Source: Nanopusillaceae archaeon (lineage in GTDB: Archaea; Nanobdellota; Nanobdellia; Nanobdellales; Nanobdellaceae). Taken from it: 17,622 nt of DNA. The notes under the pieces were generated by a model, which saw nothing but the letters and a program-made list of their open reading frames with translations, did not search any database and was not told the origin of the DNA. Every line of letters starts with the position of its first letter. The first letter of the stretch is position 1. The stretch is taken from contig JAVYNJ010000013.1 of NCBI GenBank assembly GCA_038735675.1, positions 1 through 17,622 on the forward strand. The letters run 5' to 3'. Of the stretch, positions 1-9,969 are shown in pieces. A program made the position numbers and the translations under genes.

Positions 1-541
1 AATCTTTCATATTATTTTCAAAAATATTCATAAAAATAGTTTGAATTTCATCATTTAAATTATGTGCTGTAGCAATTTTTGTTAAATTTAGATCTATTGA
101 AGCTTTCCACATTAACCATCTTCTAAAAACACCACATATAGTACAAGGCTTTATCTCTTTAATATTTTTTACAATTTCATCAAGTTCATATCCAAAATAG
201 TCTTTAAATTTGTATATTTTTATCTTCCATCCATATTTTTTTGCTATTTTTAATAAAAACTCAGTATTTTTTGTTCTATATCTTTTTATTCCTTCATCTA
301 TATGAATTCCAAAAACTTCAATATTAAAATAATCTTTATATTTGTTTAAAAAAAACATCAAGGCATTGGAATCTTTACCTCCAGAAACACCTACACCTAT
401 TTTATCTCCGGATTTTATTAATTTATATTTTTCTATTGTTTCTAATACTTTATTTTCATAATATTGTATAAAATGGTCTTTACAAAAGTATTCATTGTTA
501 TTGTAATAAATTGCTTTTTGATCACATCTTGAACATTTCAT
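1..541 (-). CDS. ttuA: tRNA 2-thiolation PP-loop ATPase, TtuA/Ncs6 family (N-terminal ~180 codons; C-terminus runs off the window start)
   Basis: Absent from the supplied ORF track because there is no stop in the window. My reverse-strand translation from the ATG (complement of 539-541) stays open to position 1: MKCSRCDQKAIYYNNNEYFCKDHF...GVGVSGGKDSNA...KPCTICGVFRR...ATAHNLNDE. It shows a CxxC...CxxH zinc finger, the SGGKDS PP-loop and a CxxC Fe-S cysteine pair, in the order seen in characterised archaeal TtuA. Confidence 0.85.
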   Translation of the reverse strand, partial: MKCSRCDQKAIYYNNNEYFCKDHFIQYYENKVLETIEKYKLIKSGDKIGVGVSGGKDSNALMFFLNKYKDYFNIEVFGIHIDEGIKRYRTKNTEFLLKIAKKYGWKIKIYKFKDYFGYELDEIVKNIKEIKPCTICGVFRRWLMWKASIDLNLTKIATAHNLNDEIQTIFMNIFENNMKD

Positions 542-575
542 AAAAATTTAAAGGTTTCTATAATTAAAGACTTAA

Positions 576-941
576 ATGGTAAAAAGAACAGGACCTACTA
601 ATATTAATTTGAGAAAGTTAATTCATACTTTAAGGAAAGTTGGTAGAGAAAATAATGCAAGAATATGGATATATGTCTCTGAATTATTAAGTAAACCTAC
701 AAGACAAAGAATTGAAGTAAATTTAGGAAAGATAGATAAACTGACAAAAGAAGGAGATGTTGTAGTAGTTCCGGGAAAAGTTTTAGGATATGGAAAACTT
801 ACAAAAAGAATAACAATTTCTGCTTGGAAATTTTCTGAATCAGCTTTAGAAAAAATAAAAAACATAAATGCAGAAGCAATTAGCATAGAAGAATTAATAA
901 GGATAAACCCAAAAGGATCTAATGTAAAAATAATAATATGA
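576..941 (+). CDS. rpl18e: 50S ribosomal protein L18e (eL18)
   Basis: 121 aa. MVKRTGPTN...LRKL...ARIW...LSKPTRQR..VNL..I......VVVPGKVLG.G is the typical archaeal L18e pattern. It sits at the head of the conserved L18e-L13-S9 cluster. A TATA-like AATTTAAA lies at 545-552. Confidence 0.9.
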   Translation: MVKRTGPTNINLRKLIHTLRKVGRENNARIWIYVSELLSKPTRQRIEVNLGKIDKLTKEGDVVVVPGKVLGYGKLTKRITISAWKFSESALEKIKNINAEAISIEELIRINPKGSNVKIII

Positions 942-1378
942 ATAAGATATATATAAATGCTGAAGGACATGTTCTTGGAAGGCTGGCATCACATGTAGCA
1001 AAACTTTTATTAGAAGGAAATGAAGTTCATGTTGTTAATTCTGAAAAAATAGTTATTACAGGAAAATGGAAAGTAGTTTTACAAGAATGGAAGCACAAAG
1101 TATTAGAAAGAGGAGATTGGATAAAAGGTCCTTTTTATCCAAAAAGACCAGACAGAATATTTAGAAGAGTAGTTAGAGGAATGTTACCAAAAAATACTAG
1201 AGGGAGAAATGCTCTCAAAAAGTTACGTGTTTATATTGGAATTCCAGAAGAATTATCAAATGTACAATTTTTAACTTTTAAAGATTCTTTAATAACTGAA
1301 AAAATAAAAAATAGTAAAAGAAAAATATGGTACGTTGAATTAGGAACTTTATCGAAACATTTAGGGGCAAATTTTTAA
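938..1378 (+). CDS. rpl13: 50S ribosomal protein L13 (uL13)
   Basis: 146 aa. INAEGHVLGRLAS.VAK.LL.G..V.VVN.EK..ITG and RGMLP..T.RG..ALK.L.VY.G.P are L13 hallmarks. It overlaps rpl18e by ATGA (938-941). Confidence 0.95.
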   Translation: MNKIYINAEGHVLGRLASHVAKLLLEGNEVHVVNSEKIVITGKWKVVLQEWKHKVLERGDWIKGPFYPKRPDRIFRRVVRGMLPKNTRGRNALKKLRVYIGIPEELSNVQFLTFKDSLITEKIKNSKRKIWYVELGTLSKHLGANF

Positions 1379-1402
1379 ATATGTTTTTAATTAAATTTTA
1401 AA

Positions 1403-1798
1403 ATGATAATCGTATCTGCAAAGAGAAAATCAGCAATTGCTAAAGCATATATTAGGGAAGGAAACGGAAGAGTAAGAATAAACTCTATTCCAATAGAGTT
1501 TTATGAACCATATTTAGCAAGATTAAGAATAATGGAGCCATTAATTTTAGCTGGAGAAGAATTTATATCTAAAGTAAATATTGATGTAAAAGTTACTGGC
1601 GGAGGATTTATGGGAAAAGCAGATGCTGCTAGGACAGCAATTGCGAAAGGACTGGTTTTATATTTTGAAAATGAAAAATTGAAAAATCTTTTCTTATCAT
1701 ACGATCCTTGGTTATTAAAATCAGATCCAAGGAAAAAAGAACAAAGAAAATCTCCTACTTCAAAAGCAAGAAAACATTATCAAACTTCTTACAGATAA
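1403..1798 (+). CDS. rps9: 30S ribosomal protein S9 (uS9)
   Basis: 131 aa. GKRKSAIA-type N-terminus (SAKRKSAIAKAYIREGNGRVRIN), GGG.MG.ADA.R.AIAKGL and the C-terminal ...QTSYR signature. Conserved position after L13. Confidence 0.95.
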   Translation: MIIVSAKRKSAIAKAYIREGNGRVRINSIPIEFYEPYLARLRIMEPLILAGEEFISKVNIDVKVTGGGFMGKADAARTAIAKGLVLYFENEKLKNLFLSYDPWLLKSDPRKKEQRKSPTSKARKHYQTSYR

Positions 1799-1799
1799 T

Positions 1800-2087
1800 T
1801 TATTTTTCTACTTTTTCTTCAGTTTGTTCAGTTTGTTCAGATTTTTCTACCTCACCAACAATCTTAGATACAATCCATATTTGTCCCATTGCCTTTACTA
1901 ATTGATGTTGGACAATAATTCCTTTTACTCCTTTTTTAACTAAACTTCCTTCTGCTACTTTTATTTTCCAGCCATATATTTTATTATTAGAAATTATTGC
2001 ATCTTCAACTTCTCCAAGATAATATCCTTCTTCTGTATAAACTTTTGATTTGTACGTACTGGATAATTTCTTTAATTTAATTGCCAT
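1800..2087 (-). CDS. PRC-barrel domain protein with an acidic Glu/Thr/Gln-rich C-terminal tail
   Basis: 95 aa. The pattern L.GK.VYTEEG..LG.V.D..I......I.G..I is typical of small archaeal PRC-barrel proteins. This is a pattern-level call only. The C-terminal tail is ...EVEKSEQTEQTEEKVEK. Confidence 0.55.
   Translation of the reverse strand: MAIKLKKLSSTYKSKVYTEEGYYLGEVEDAIISNNKIYGWKIKVAEGSLVKKGVKGIIVQHQLVKAMGQIWIVSKIVGEVEKSEQTEQTEEKVEK
1818..1840. repeat. Tandem 9-nt repeat (agtttgttc x2 plus partial flanks) inside the PRC-barrel gene tail
   Basis: Read directly: ttc|agtttgttc|agtttgttc|ag. It encodes the in-frame SEQTEQTE duplication on the minus strand. Confidence 0.9.
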
Positions 2088-2110
2088 AGAAATATATTGG
2101 TATTTGTAAG

Positions 2111-2118
2111 AATATAAA
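2111..2118. promoter_or_regulatory. Candidate shared TATA box (AATATAAA) for the divergent PRC-barrel and cdc48 genes
   Basis: The 56-nt divergent spacer is 2088-2143. The element lies 23 nt from the minus-strand ATG (2087) and 25 nt from the plus-strand ATG (2144), which is the expected archaeal TATA-to-TSS distance if both mRNAs are leaderless. TATA-like strings are common in this AT-rich DNA. Confidence 0.35.
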
Positions 2119-2143
2119 CCTTTGATATATTATACAAAAACAT

Positions 2144-4523
<2,380 letters not shown>

Positions 4524-4531
<8 letters not shown>

Positions 4532-5228
4532 AGATAGGTTTTTTCCTCAAATAAAATTTTTTGGAGAAGATTTAAATGAAAAAATAATAAATACAAAAGT
4601 TTTGATTGTCGGTATTGGTGGATTGGGAAGTTGGTTAGCAGAGATATTTGCCAGATGGGGGATAAAAAGAATTGGTATTATAGATCATGATAAAGTTGAA
4701 ATTTCAAATTTATCAAGACAGAACTATTTAGAGGAAGACTTGGGAAAAAAGAAAATAGAATGTTTAGAAAGTAGAATTAATAAAGTAAATTCTGCTATTA
4801 AAGTTGATAAATATGAAAAAATAAATTTGGAATATTTTAAAGACTATGATATATTCTTTGATTGCGTCGATAATATAGAAACAAAATATTTACTTAATGA
4901 AATAAGTGTTTATTTAAATAAACCATACATTTTTGGAACTATTGTTGGAGAAAAAGGATTTTTTGGATATATTAATCCAAAGGACTTTTGTTTTTATGAT
5001 ATATTTAAAGGTAAAAAAGAAGTTTTGACAAATAAACATATAGGAATTGAGGTCTCTTCGGTAATGTTTTTATCATCTCTCATGGCTAAATTATTTATTA
5101 AAACATTTTTAGATAAAAGATCAAGAGTATTTCATTTTAATTTATCAGATTTCAAAATAGAAGAAATTAAAGTAAACAGAAAGGAATGTAAAATTTGTAT
5201 AAAAAAAGAGTTCGAATATTTAAAATAA
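4524..5228 (+). CDS. ThiF/MoeB/HesA-family E1-like adenylyltransferase (short form, no rhodanese domain, no active-site Cys)
   Basis: 234 aa. Rossmann nucleotide loop VLIVGIGGLGSW, IIDHDKVEISNLSRQ (the D.D.V..SNL.RQ signature), FFDCVDNIETKYLLN (the DC.DN...R..LN signature) and a C-terminal CKIC. The ATG lies inside the last codons of cdc48 (8-nt overlap). Confidence 0.8.
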
Positions 5229-6058
5229 TGGATTTATATGAAGTTTTACTTAATATAAAGAATAAAAAAGAGCTAAGAAATTTATCGGAAGACTTTTTAT
5301 ATAATTTACTTATTCGTGAATTAAAATCTAGAAAAAACATATTTGAGAAAATAGAGAAAGCAAAAAATTTTAAGGAACTTAAGAGAGATGAAGAATTTTT
5401 ATATTTTTTTAAAGAAATAAGAAAGAAAATACATGAAACCTTTGGAGTATTTGCTCCAAAGGATTTAAGAAGGATATATAAAATTCTATATGAAGATCTT
5501 AGTTTAGAGGAAAAGATAATAGAAATATTAATGCTTAGTTTATCTACGAAAGAAAGATTGAATTTTTATAAAGAAATTTATAAAAAAATATTTTTAGAAG
5601 ACCCTGTGGAAATTATGGATTTAGCTTCTGGTTTAAATCCGATATCTATATTTTTTAGTGATAAAAAACCTAAAAGATATTTTTTTGTAGATATTTCCGA
5701 AGATATTATAGACATAAATTATACTATTTTAAAACAACTAAATATAGAACCTATAGGATATTGTTCGGATATTTCAAATTTTAATAAAGATTTTTTAAAG
5801 AGAAAATATCAATATATTTTTCTCTGGAAAACAATACCAATTTTAGAAAAAATAGATAAAAAATTACCAATCAATCTATTATCTATTTTAGATTTTGATT
5901 ATATAGTAATTAGCTTTCCACAAAAGAGCTTAGGAAAAATTAAAAAGTTGGGTTTAGCATGGAGATATTGGATAAAAAAGGTAGCTAAGAAATTAAATTA
6001 TAAGATAATAGAAGAATTCGATATACCGTATGAGTTTTTTATAATACTATCTAAATAA
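5228..6058 (+). CDS. FmrO/ArmA/RmtB-family 16S rRNA (guanine-N7, G1405-type) methyltransferase homologue
   Basis: 276 aa from the ATG at 5228 (TAATG overlap with the E1-like stop). The track start at 5195 is a TTG extension. Motifs are collinear with ArmA/RmtB as I recall them: IRKKIHETFGVF, LSTKERL (STxER), IMDLASGLNP (D-L/F-x-C-G-L/F-N-P), YIFLWKTIPILEK (LKxLPxLE), VISFPQKSLGK (SFPx[KR]SLxG). Length is similar to ArmA/RmtB (~250 aa). Confidence 0.72.
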   Translation: MDLYEVLLNIKNKKELRNLSEDFLYNLLIRELKSRKNIFEKIEKAKNFKELKRDEEFLYFFKEIRKKIHETFGVFAPKDLRRIYKILYEDLSLEEKIIEILMLSLSTKERLNFYKEIYKKIFLEDPVEIMDLASGLNPISIFFSDKKPKRYFFVDISEDIIDINYTILKQLNIEPIGYCSDISNFNKDFLKRKYQYIFLWKTIPILEKIDKKLPINLLSILDFDYIVISFPQKSLGKIKKLGLAWRYWIKKVAKKLNYKIIEEFDIPYEFFIILSK

Positions 6059-6389
6059 GATTTTTTATATTTAATATAAAAGGATTTTTATTATCTTTTT
6101 TAAAAATCCAGAGTTCTATATCAACGTTATCATAATTTTTGTATCTTTTTGCAAGATCCAGCATTTTTTCTATATCATATTTGTAAGTTTTTTCTATATT
6201 ACTAATTTCTTTTGAAGTTCTTTTGATTTGTATTAACTTTATTTTAATTTTATCTTTGTCAGGTTTTATTGCTATAATATCTATAGGAGATTGTGATGCC
6301 GGACTTCTCCATACATCCCAACCATTTTCTTCTAATATTTTCTTTGTTTTTCTTTCATAATAATAACCTATTTTGTATTTACTTGCCAT
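6051..6389 (-). CDS. Holliday-junction-resolvase (Hjc)-like PD-(D/E)xK nuclease-fold protein, with Gln in the E-x-K position
   Basis: 112 aa. G.YYERK..K.LE..GW.V.RS..S.SPIDIIA......IKLIQIKRT parallels the Hjc pattern G...ER.....L...GF.V.RS.GS...D..A......IEVK. The equivalents of Hjc E/D/E/K are E12, D37, Q54 and K56. Convergent 8-nt overlap with the methyltransferase gene. Confidence 0.6.
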   Translation of the reverse strand: MASKYKIGYYYERKTKKILEENGWDVWRSPASQSPIDIIAIKPDKDKIKIKLIQIKRTSKEISNIEKTYKYDIEKMLDLAKRYKNYDNVDIELWIFKKDNKNPFILNIKNLI

Positions 6390-6392
6390 AAA

Positions 6393-6400
6393 AATATATT
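6393..6400 (+). promoter_or_regulatory. Candidate TATA box (AATATATT) for polD large subunit
   Basis: Centre is 27.5 nt upstream of the ATG at 6424 and inside the 34-nt divergent spacer. A second TATA-like TATTTATT at 6413-6420 is centred 27.5 nt upstream of the minus-strand ATG at 6389. Confidence 0.35.
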
Positions 6401-6420
6401 TTTTTCTAAGACTATTTATT

Positions 6421-6440
6421 TTAATGAATATTAATGAATA
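6421..6440. repeat. Perfect 10-nt tandem duplication (ttaatgaata x2) spanning the polD start codon
   Basis: Read directly. It creates ATGs at 6424 (in frame, MNINEYF...) and 6434 (out of frame). Confidence 0.9.
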
Positions 6441-9400
6441 TTTTGATCATATTAAAAAAAAGTTTTTTGAAGCTTATGAGATTGCTAAAAAAGCAAGAGA
6501 AAAAGGATATGATCCCGTAGACTATGTTGAGATATCATATTCTGAGGACATGGCGGAAAGAGTAGAAAAGTTAATATTAACAATAAATCCACTAATAGAA
6601 AAAATAAATCTAACTAATAAAATAAGAGAAATAGAAAAGCAATACGGATCCTTAACATTTTCTACTATACTAGAAATTGCTAATTATGTTTCTGACGAAA
6701 TATATAAGTTAACTAAAGATAAGATTCTATCGATAGAACTTGGTTTGAGAACAGCTTTTGCATATCATACTCTAGGAGTTGTTGCAGCACCTACAGAGGG
6801 AATTGTTAAAGTTTCTTCTAAAAGAAGAAGAGATGGAAAAGAATACATTGCAATATACTACGCAGGTCCAGTTAGATCTGCTGGAGGAACACCGGCAGCA
6901 TTTTCTGTAATTATTGCAGATTTTCTTAGAAAAAAATTTGGATATTCAGAATATGATCCAACAGAAGAAGAGATACTTAGAAATATAAGTGAGGTTTTTG
7001 AATATAAAAGGCTAGAGCATCTTCAATATACTCCAAAATTAGAAGAACTGAGATTTGTTATTGAGAGATTGCCAGTAGAAGTTACAGGGATAGCAACTCT
7101 AGAAGCAGAAGTATCCTCTTATAAAGATTTACCAAGAATAGAAACTAATAAAATTAGAGGCGGAATGGTTTTAGTTTTAGCTGAAGGGTTATGTCAAAAA
7201 GCAGAAAAGTTGTGGAAAAAACTAGAACCGATATGTGATAAATACAATTTGTCTAATTGGAAATGGTTAAAAGATTTTAAATCTTTAAAAGAGAAATTAT
7301 ATGTATCTCAAGAATCTTCTCAAAACGAGATTATAAAACCTAACTGGAAATATTTATCACAAATTACTGCTGGAAGACCGGTAATAGCCTTACCATCACA
7401 AAAAGGAGGATTTAGATTAAGATACGGAAAATCTAGGACTAATGGACATTCTGCAATTTCTATACATCCAAGTTTACCTATTTTATTATTTAATTTTTTA
7501 GCTTATGGAACCCAATTGCCTGTAGAAAGACCAAGAAAAGCAGGAGCTATTACATTTTCCGATACTTTAGAGCCACCAGTAGTAAGATTGAAGGATGGAA
7601 CCGTTTTGAAAGTTTCATCTGAAAAATTAGCAAAAAAGATTATGAAAAAGAAACTTTTAGACAAAATATTATTTTTGGGAGATATATTAATAACATATGG
7701 GGATTTTATACAAGGAGGACATCCTTTGGTTCCTGCAGGATATTGTGAAGAATGGTGGGTACAAGAAGTTATGATAAATGCATCTAAGAAAACAAACTTT
7801 TCAGTTAATTTTAATTATAATAAACCTTTAGATCTTCAGGAAATTTCTGGATTAAAAAATCTTTCAGAATTTTTATCTATAAAAGAAGAAAGATTAGAAA
7901 AAATATTAAAATATCCACTAAAATTTAAACCCACTTTAATTGAAGCTTTAAAAATATCTTTAAAATTAGATGTACCTTTACATCCTACATATACTTTTCA
8001 TTGGAAAGATATCGATTATAAGGATGTTTTAGATTTGATCGAAAATTTAAAAAATAAGGCAAAGATAATATATTCGAAAAAGAAATTTTTTGTTAAAATT
8101 GCAAAATTAATTGAAATAGAAAAAGACGAAAATATAAAAAAGATTTTAGAAGAAGCCCTAATTCCACATCTAGTTAAAAAAAATAAAATAATAATAAAAT
8201 ATCCATATGCAACAGCTTTATTAGTACAATTAGGATATTTAGAGAAAATACCAAGCAATAAAAACAATGGTTTAGAAGCAATACAAGAGATATCAATTGT
8301 AAAAATAAGAGATAAAGTTGGTACTTACATAGGTGCTAGAATGGGTAGACCGGAAAAAGCAAAAATAAGAGAAATGACAGGATCCCCGATGGTTCTTTTT
8401 CCTGTTGGAGAAGAAGGAGGAAGAATGAGGAATCTATTAGAAACCGCAAAATATAGTAAATTCGTTGCGGATCTAAAAACATACTATTGTGAAAAATGTA
8501 AAATTATAGTTCCTTATACTAGATGTATATTTTGTGATTCAAAAACAGTTTTAATTGAAGAAAATAATGTTTGTCATAGAAAATACGAAATACCAATAAA
8601 AGAATACATAGAAAAAGCGTTAAAGAACTTAAAAATGGATCCTTCACAATTAGCAAAAGTTATAAAAGGTGTTAAAGGATTATCCTCCAAAAATAAGCAT
8701 CCTGAAAGGATAGAAAAAGGAATACTTAGAGCTAAGTATAATTTATTTGTATTTAGAGATGGTACAATAAGATTTGATGCTATAGAAGCACCAATAACTT
8801 ATTTTAGACCTAAAGATTTAGTTTATGTTTCTATTGAAAAACTAAAGGAATTAGGATATGATAAAGATATATATGGAAATCCATTAGAAAGAGAGGATCA
8901 AATATTAGAATTAAAACCACAGGACATAATTTTACCAACAATAGGAAGATTAAAAAAAGGAAGTAAAGTAAGAAAAGACGGATTTTTAAAAACAATAATT
9001 AATGCAACAAGATTTATTGATGAACTTTTAGAAAAATTTTACGGACTTCCCAGATACTATAATATAAAAAAGCCAGAAGATCTATTAGGACATTTAGTAA
9101 TAGTAATAGCTCCACATACTTCAGCAGGAGTAGTTGGCAGAATTATTGGATTTTCTAGAACGCAAACTTTATTAATGCATCCACTTATGCATGCGGGAAT
9201 TAGAAGGAATTGTGATGGCGATGAAGGAGGAATTATATTGTTGTTAGATGCATTAATTAACTTTTCTAAGGAGTATCTTCCCCAAAAAACAGGAGGAAGT
9301 ATGGATGCACCATTAGTAGTTACATTAAAACTAAAAGGGATGGAAGTTGATGATGAAGTTCACGATTTTGATACTTATTGGTTTTATCCTATCGAGTTCT

Positions 9401-9969
9401 ATGAAAGTACGTTACAATATAAATCTGCAGATTCTGTAAATATAGAAACTCTTAAGAAAAGATTGGGAAAAGAAGAAGAATATATTAATTGGGGATTTTT
9501 GCATGATATATCATCAATAAGCAAATGTGGAAATAAAATCTCTTCTTATAAAACAATTAAAGCAATGTTAGATAAATTAAAATATCAATTAAATATTGCA
9601 AATTATATAAGAGCTAGCAATCCCGCAGTTGTTGCGAAATTAGTTATAGAATTGCATTTTGCAAGAGATGTAAAAGGAAATTTAAGAAAATTCTCTGAAC
9701 AAGAATTTAGATGTACAAAATGTAATGCAAAATATAGAAGAGTTCCATTATCTGGAAAATGTGAAAAATGTGGAGGAAGATTAACATTTACAGTACATTA
9801 TGGTACAATAACTAAATATTTAGATCCCAGTTTATGGTTAGCAGAAAAAATAAATTTAGATGAGTACTCTTTATCTTCATTGAAAGCATTGAAGTTAAAG
9901 GTATCTCAAACTTTCGGATCTTCTACTACAAATAAAAGCATAATAGATTTCTTTAATAATAATAAATAA
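6424..9969 (+). CDS. polC: DNA polymerase II (PolD) large subunit DP2
   Basis: 1181 aa from the ATG at 6424; the track start at 6373 is a TTG extension that overlaps the divergent gene. N-terminus YF..I......A..IA..AR.KGYDP...VEI..A.DMAERVE, internal CxxC...CxxC finger (CEKCKI...CIFCDS), catalytic NCDGDE block (9208-9225) and C-terminal zinc module RCTKCNAKYRRVPLSGKCEKCGG. Length is normal and there is no intein-sized insertion. Confidence 0.96.
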   Translation: MNINEYFDHIKKKFFEAYEIAKKAREKGYDPVDYVEISYSEDMAERVEKLILTINPLIEKINLTNKIREIEKQYGSLTFSTILEIANYVSDEIYKLTKDKILSIELGLRTAFAYHTLGVVAAPTEGIVKVSSKRRRDGKEYIAIYYAGPVRSAGGTPAAFSVIIADFLRKKFGYSEYDPTEEEILRNISEVFEYKRLEHLQYTPKLEELRFVIERLPVEVTGIATLEAEVSSYKDLPRIETNKIRGGMVLVLAEGLCQKAEKLWKKLEPICDKYNLSNWKWLKDFKSLKEKLYVSQESSQNEIIKPNWKYLSQITAGRPVIALPSQKGGFRLRYGKSRTNGHSAISIHPSLPILLFNFLAYGTQLPVERPRKAGAITFSDTLEPPVVRLKDGTVLKVSSEKLAKKIMKKKLLDKILFLGDILITYGDFIQGGHPLVPAGYCEEWWVQEVMINASKKTNFSVNFNYNKPLDLQEISGLKNLSEFLSIKEERLEKILKYPLKFKPTLIEALKISLKLDVPLHPTYTFHWKDIDYKDVLDLIENLKNKAKIIYSKKKFFVKIAKLIEIEKDENIKKILEEALIPHLVKKNKIIIKYPYATALLVQLGYLEKIPSNKNNGLEAIQEISIVKIRDKVGTYIGARMGRPEKAKIREMTGSPMVLFPVGEEGGRMRNLLETAKYSKFVADLKTYYCEKCKIIVPYTRCIFCDSKTVLIEENNVCHRKYEIPIKEYIEKALKNLKMDPSQLAKVIKGVKGLSSKNKHPERIEKGILRAKYNLFVFRDGTIRFDAIEAPITYFRPKDLVYVSIEKLKELGYDKDIYGNPLEREDQILELKPQDIILPTIGRLKKGSKVRKDGFLKTIINATRFIDELLEKFYGLPRYYNIKKPEDLLGHLVIVIAPHTSAGVVGRIIGFSRTQTLLMHPLMHAGIRRNCDGDEGGIILLLDALINFSKEYLPQKTGGSMDAPLVVTLKLKGMEVDDEVHDFDTYWFYPIEFYESTLQYKSADSVNIETLKKRLGKEEEYINWGFLHDISSISKCGNKISSYKTIKAMLDKLKYQLNIANYIRASNPAVVAKLVIELHFARDVKGNLRKFSEQEFRCTKCNAKYRRVPLSGKCEKCGGRLTFTVHYGTITKYLDPSLWLAEKINLDEYSLSSLKALKLKVSQTFGSSTTNKSIIDFFNNNK

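Noticed and set aside
623-970. 115-aa minus-strand ORF
   Set aside because: It is antisense to rpl18e and rpl13. This is a shadow ORF in AT-rich coding DNA with no recognisable domain.
1708-1905. 65-aa plus-strand ORF
   Set aside because: It overlaps the rps9 3' end in another frame and runs antisense to the PRC-barrel gene, and both of those are better supported.
6373-6423. Track start codons at 6373, 5195 and 13352 (N-terminal extensions)
   Set aside because: All three are TTG codons, and each extension overlaps a neighbouring gene or a promoter-like spacer. In-frame ATGs at 6424, 5228 and 13373 give N-termini matching the family consensus (MNINEYF.. for DP2) and sit at the recurring ~27-nt distance from TATA-like elements.
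9208-9231. PolD catalytic block reads NCDGDEGG; I suspected a deviation from an NCDGDED consensus
   Set aside because: The two Asp residues of DGD reported as essential are present. I cannot recall reliably whether the residue after DE is invariant, so I do not claim an anomaly. An alignment would settle it.
6424-9969. Intein or mobile insertion in polD (and in cdc48)
   Set aside because: Lengths are in the normal intein-free range (1181 aa and 795 aa), and the conserved blocks are contiguous without an inserted Hint- or endonuclease-like segment.
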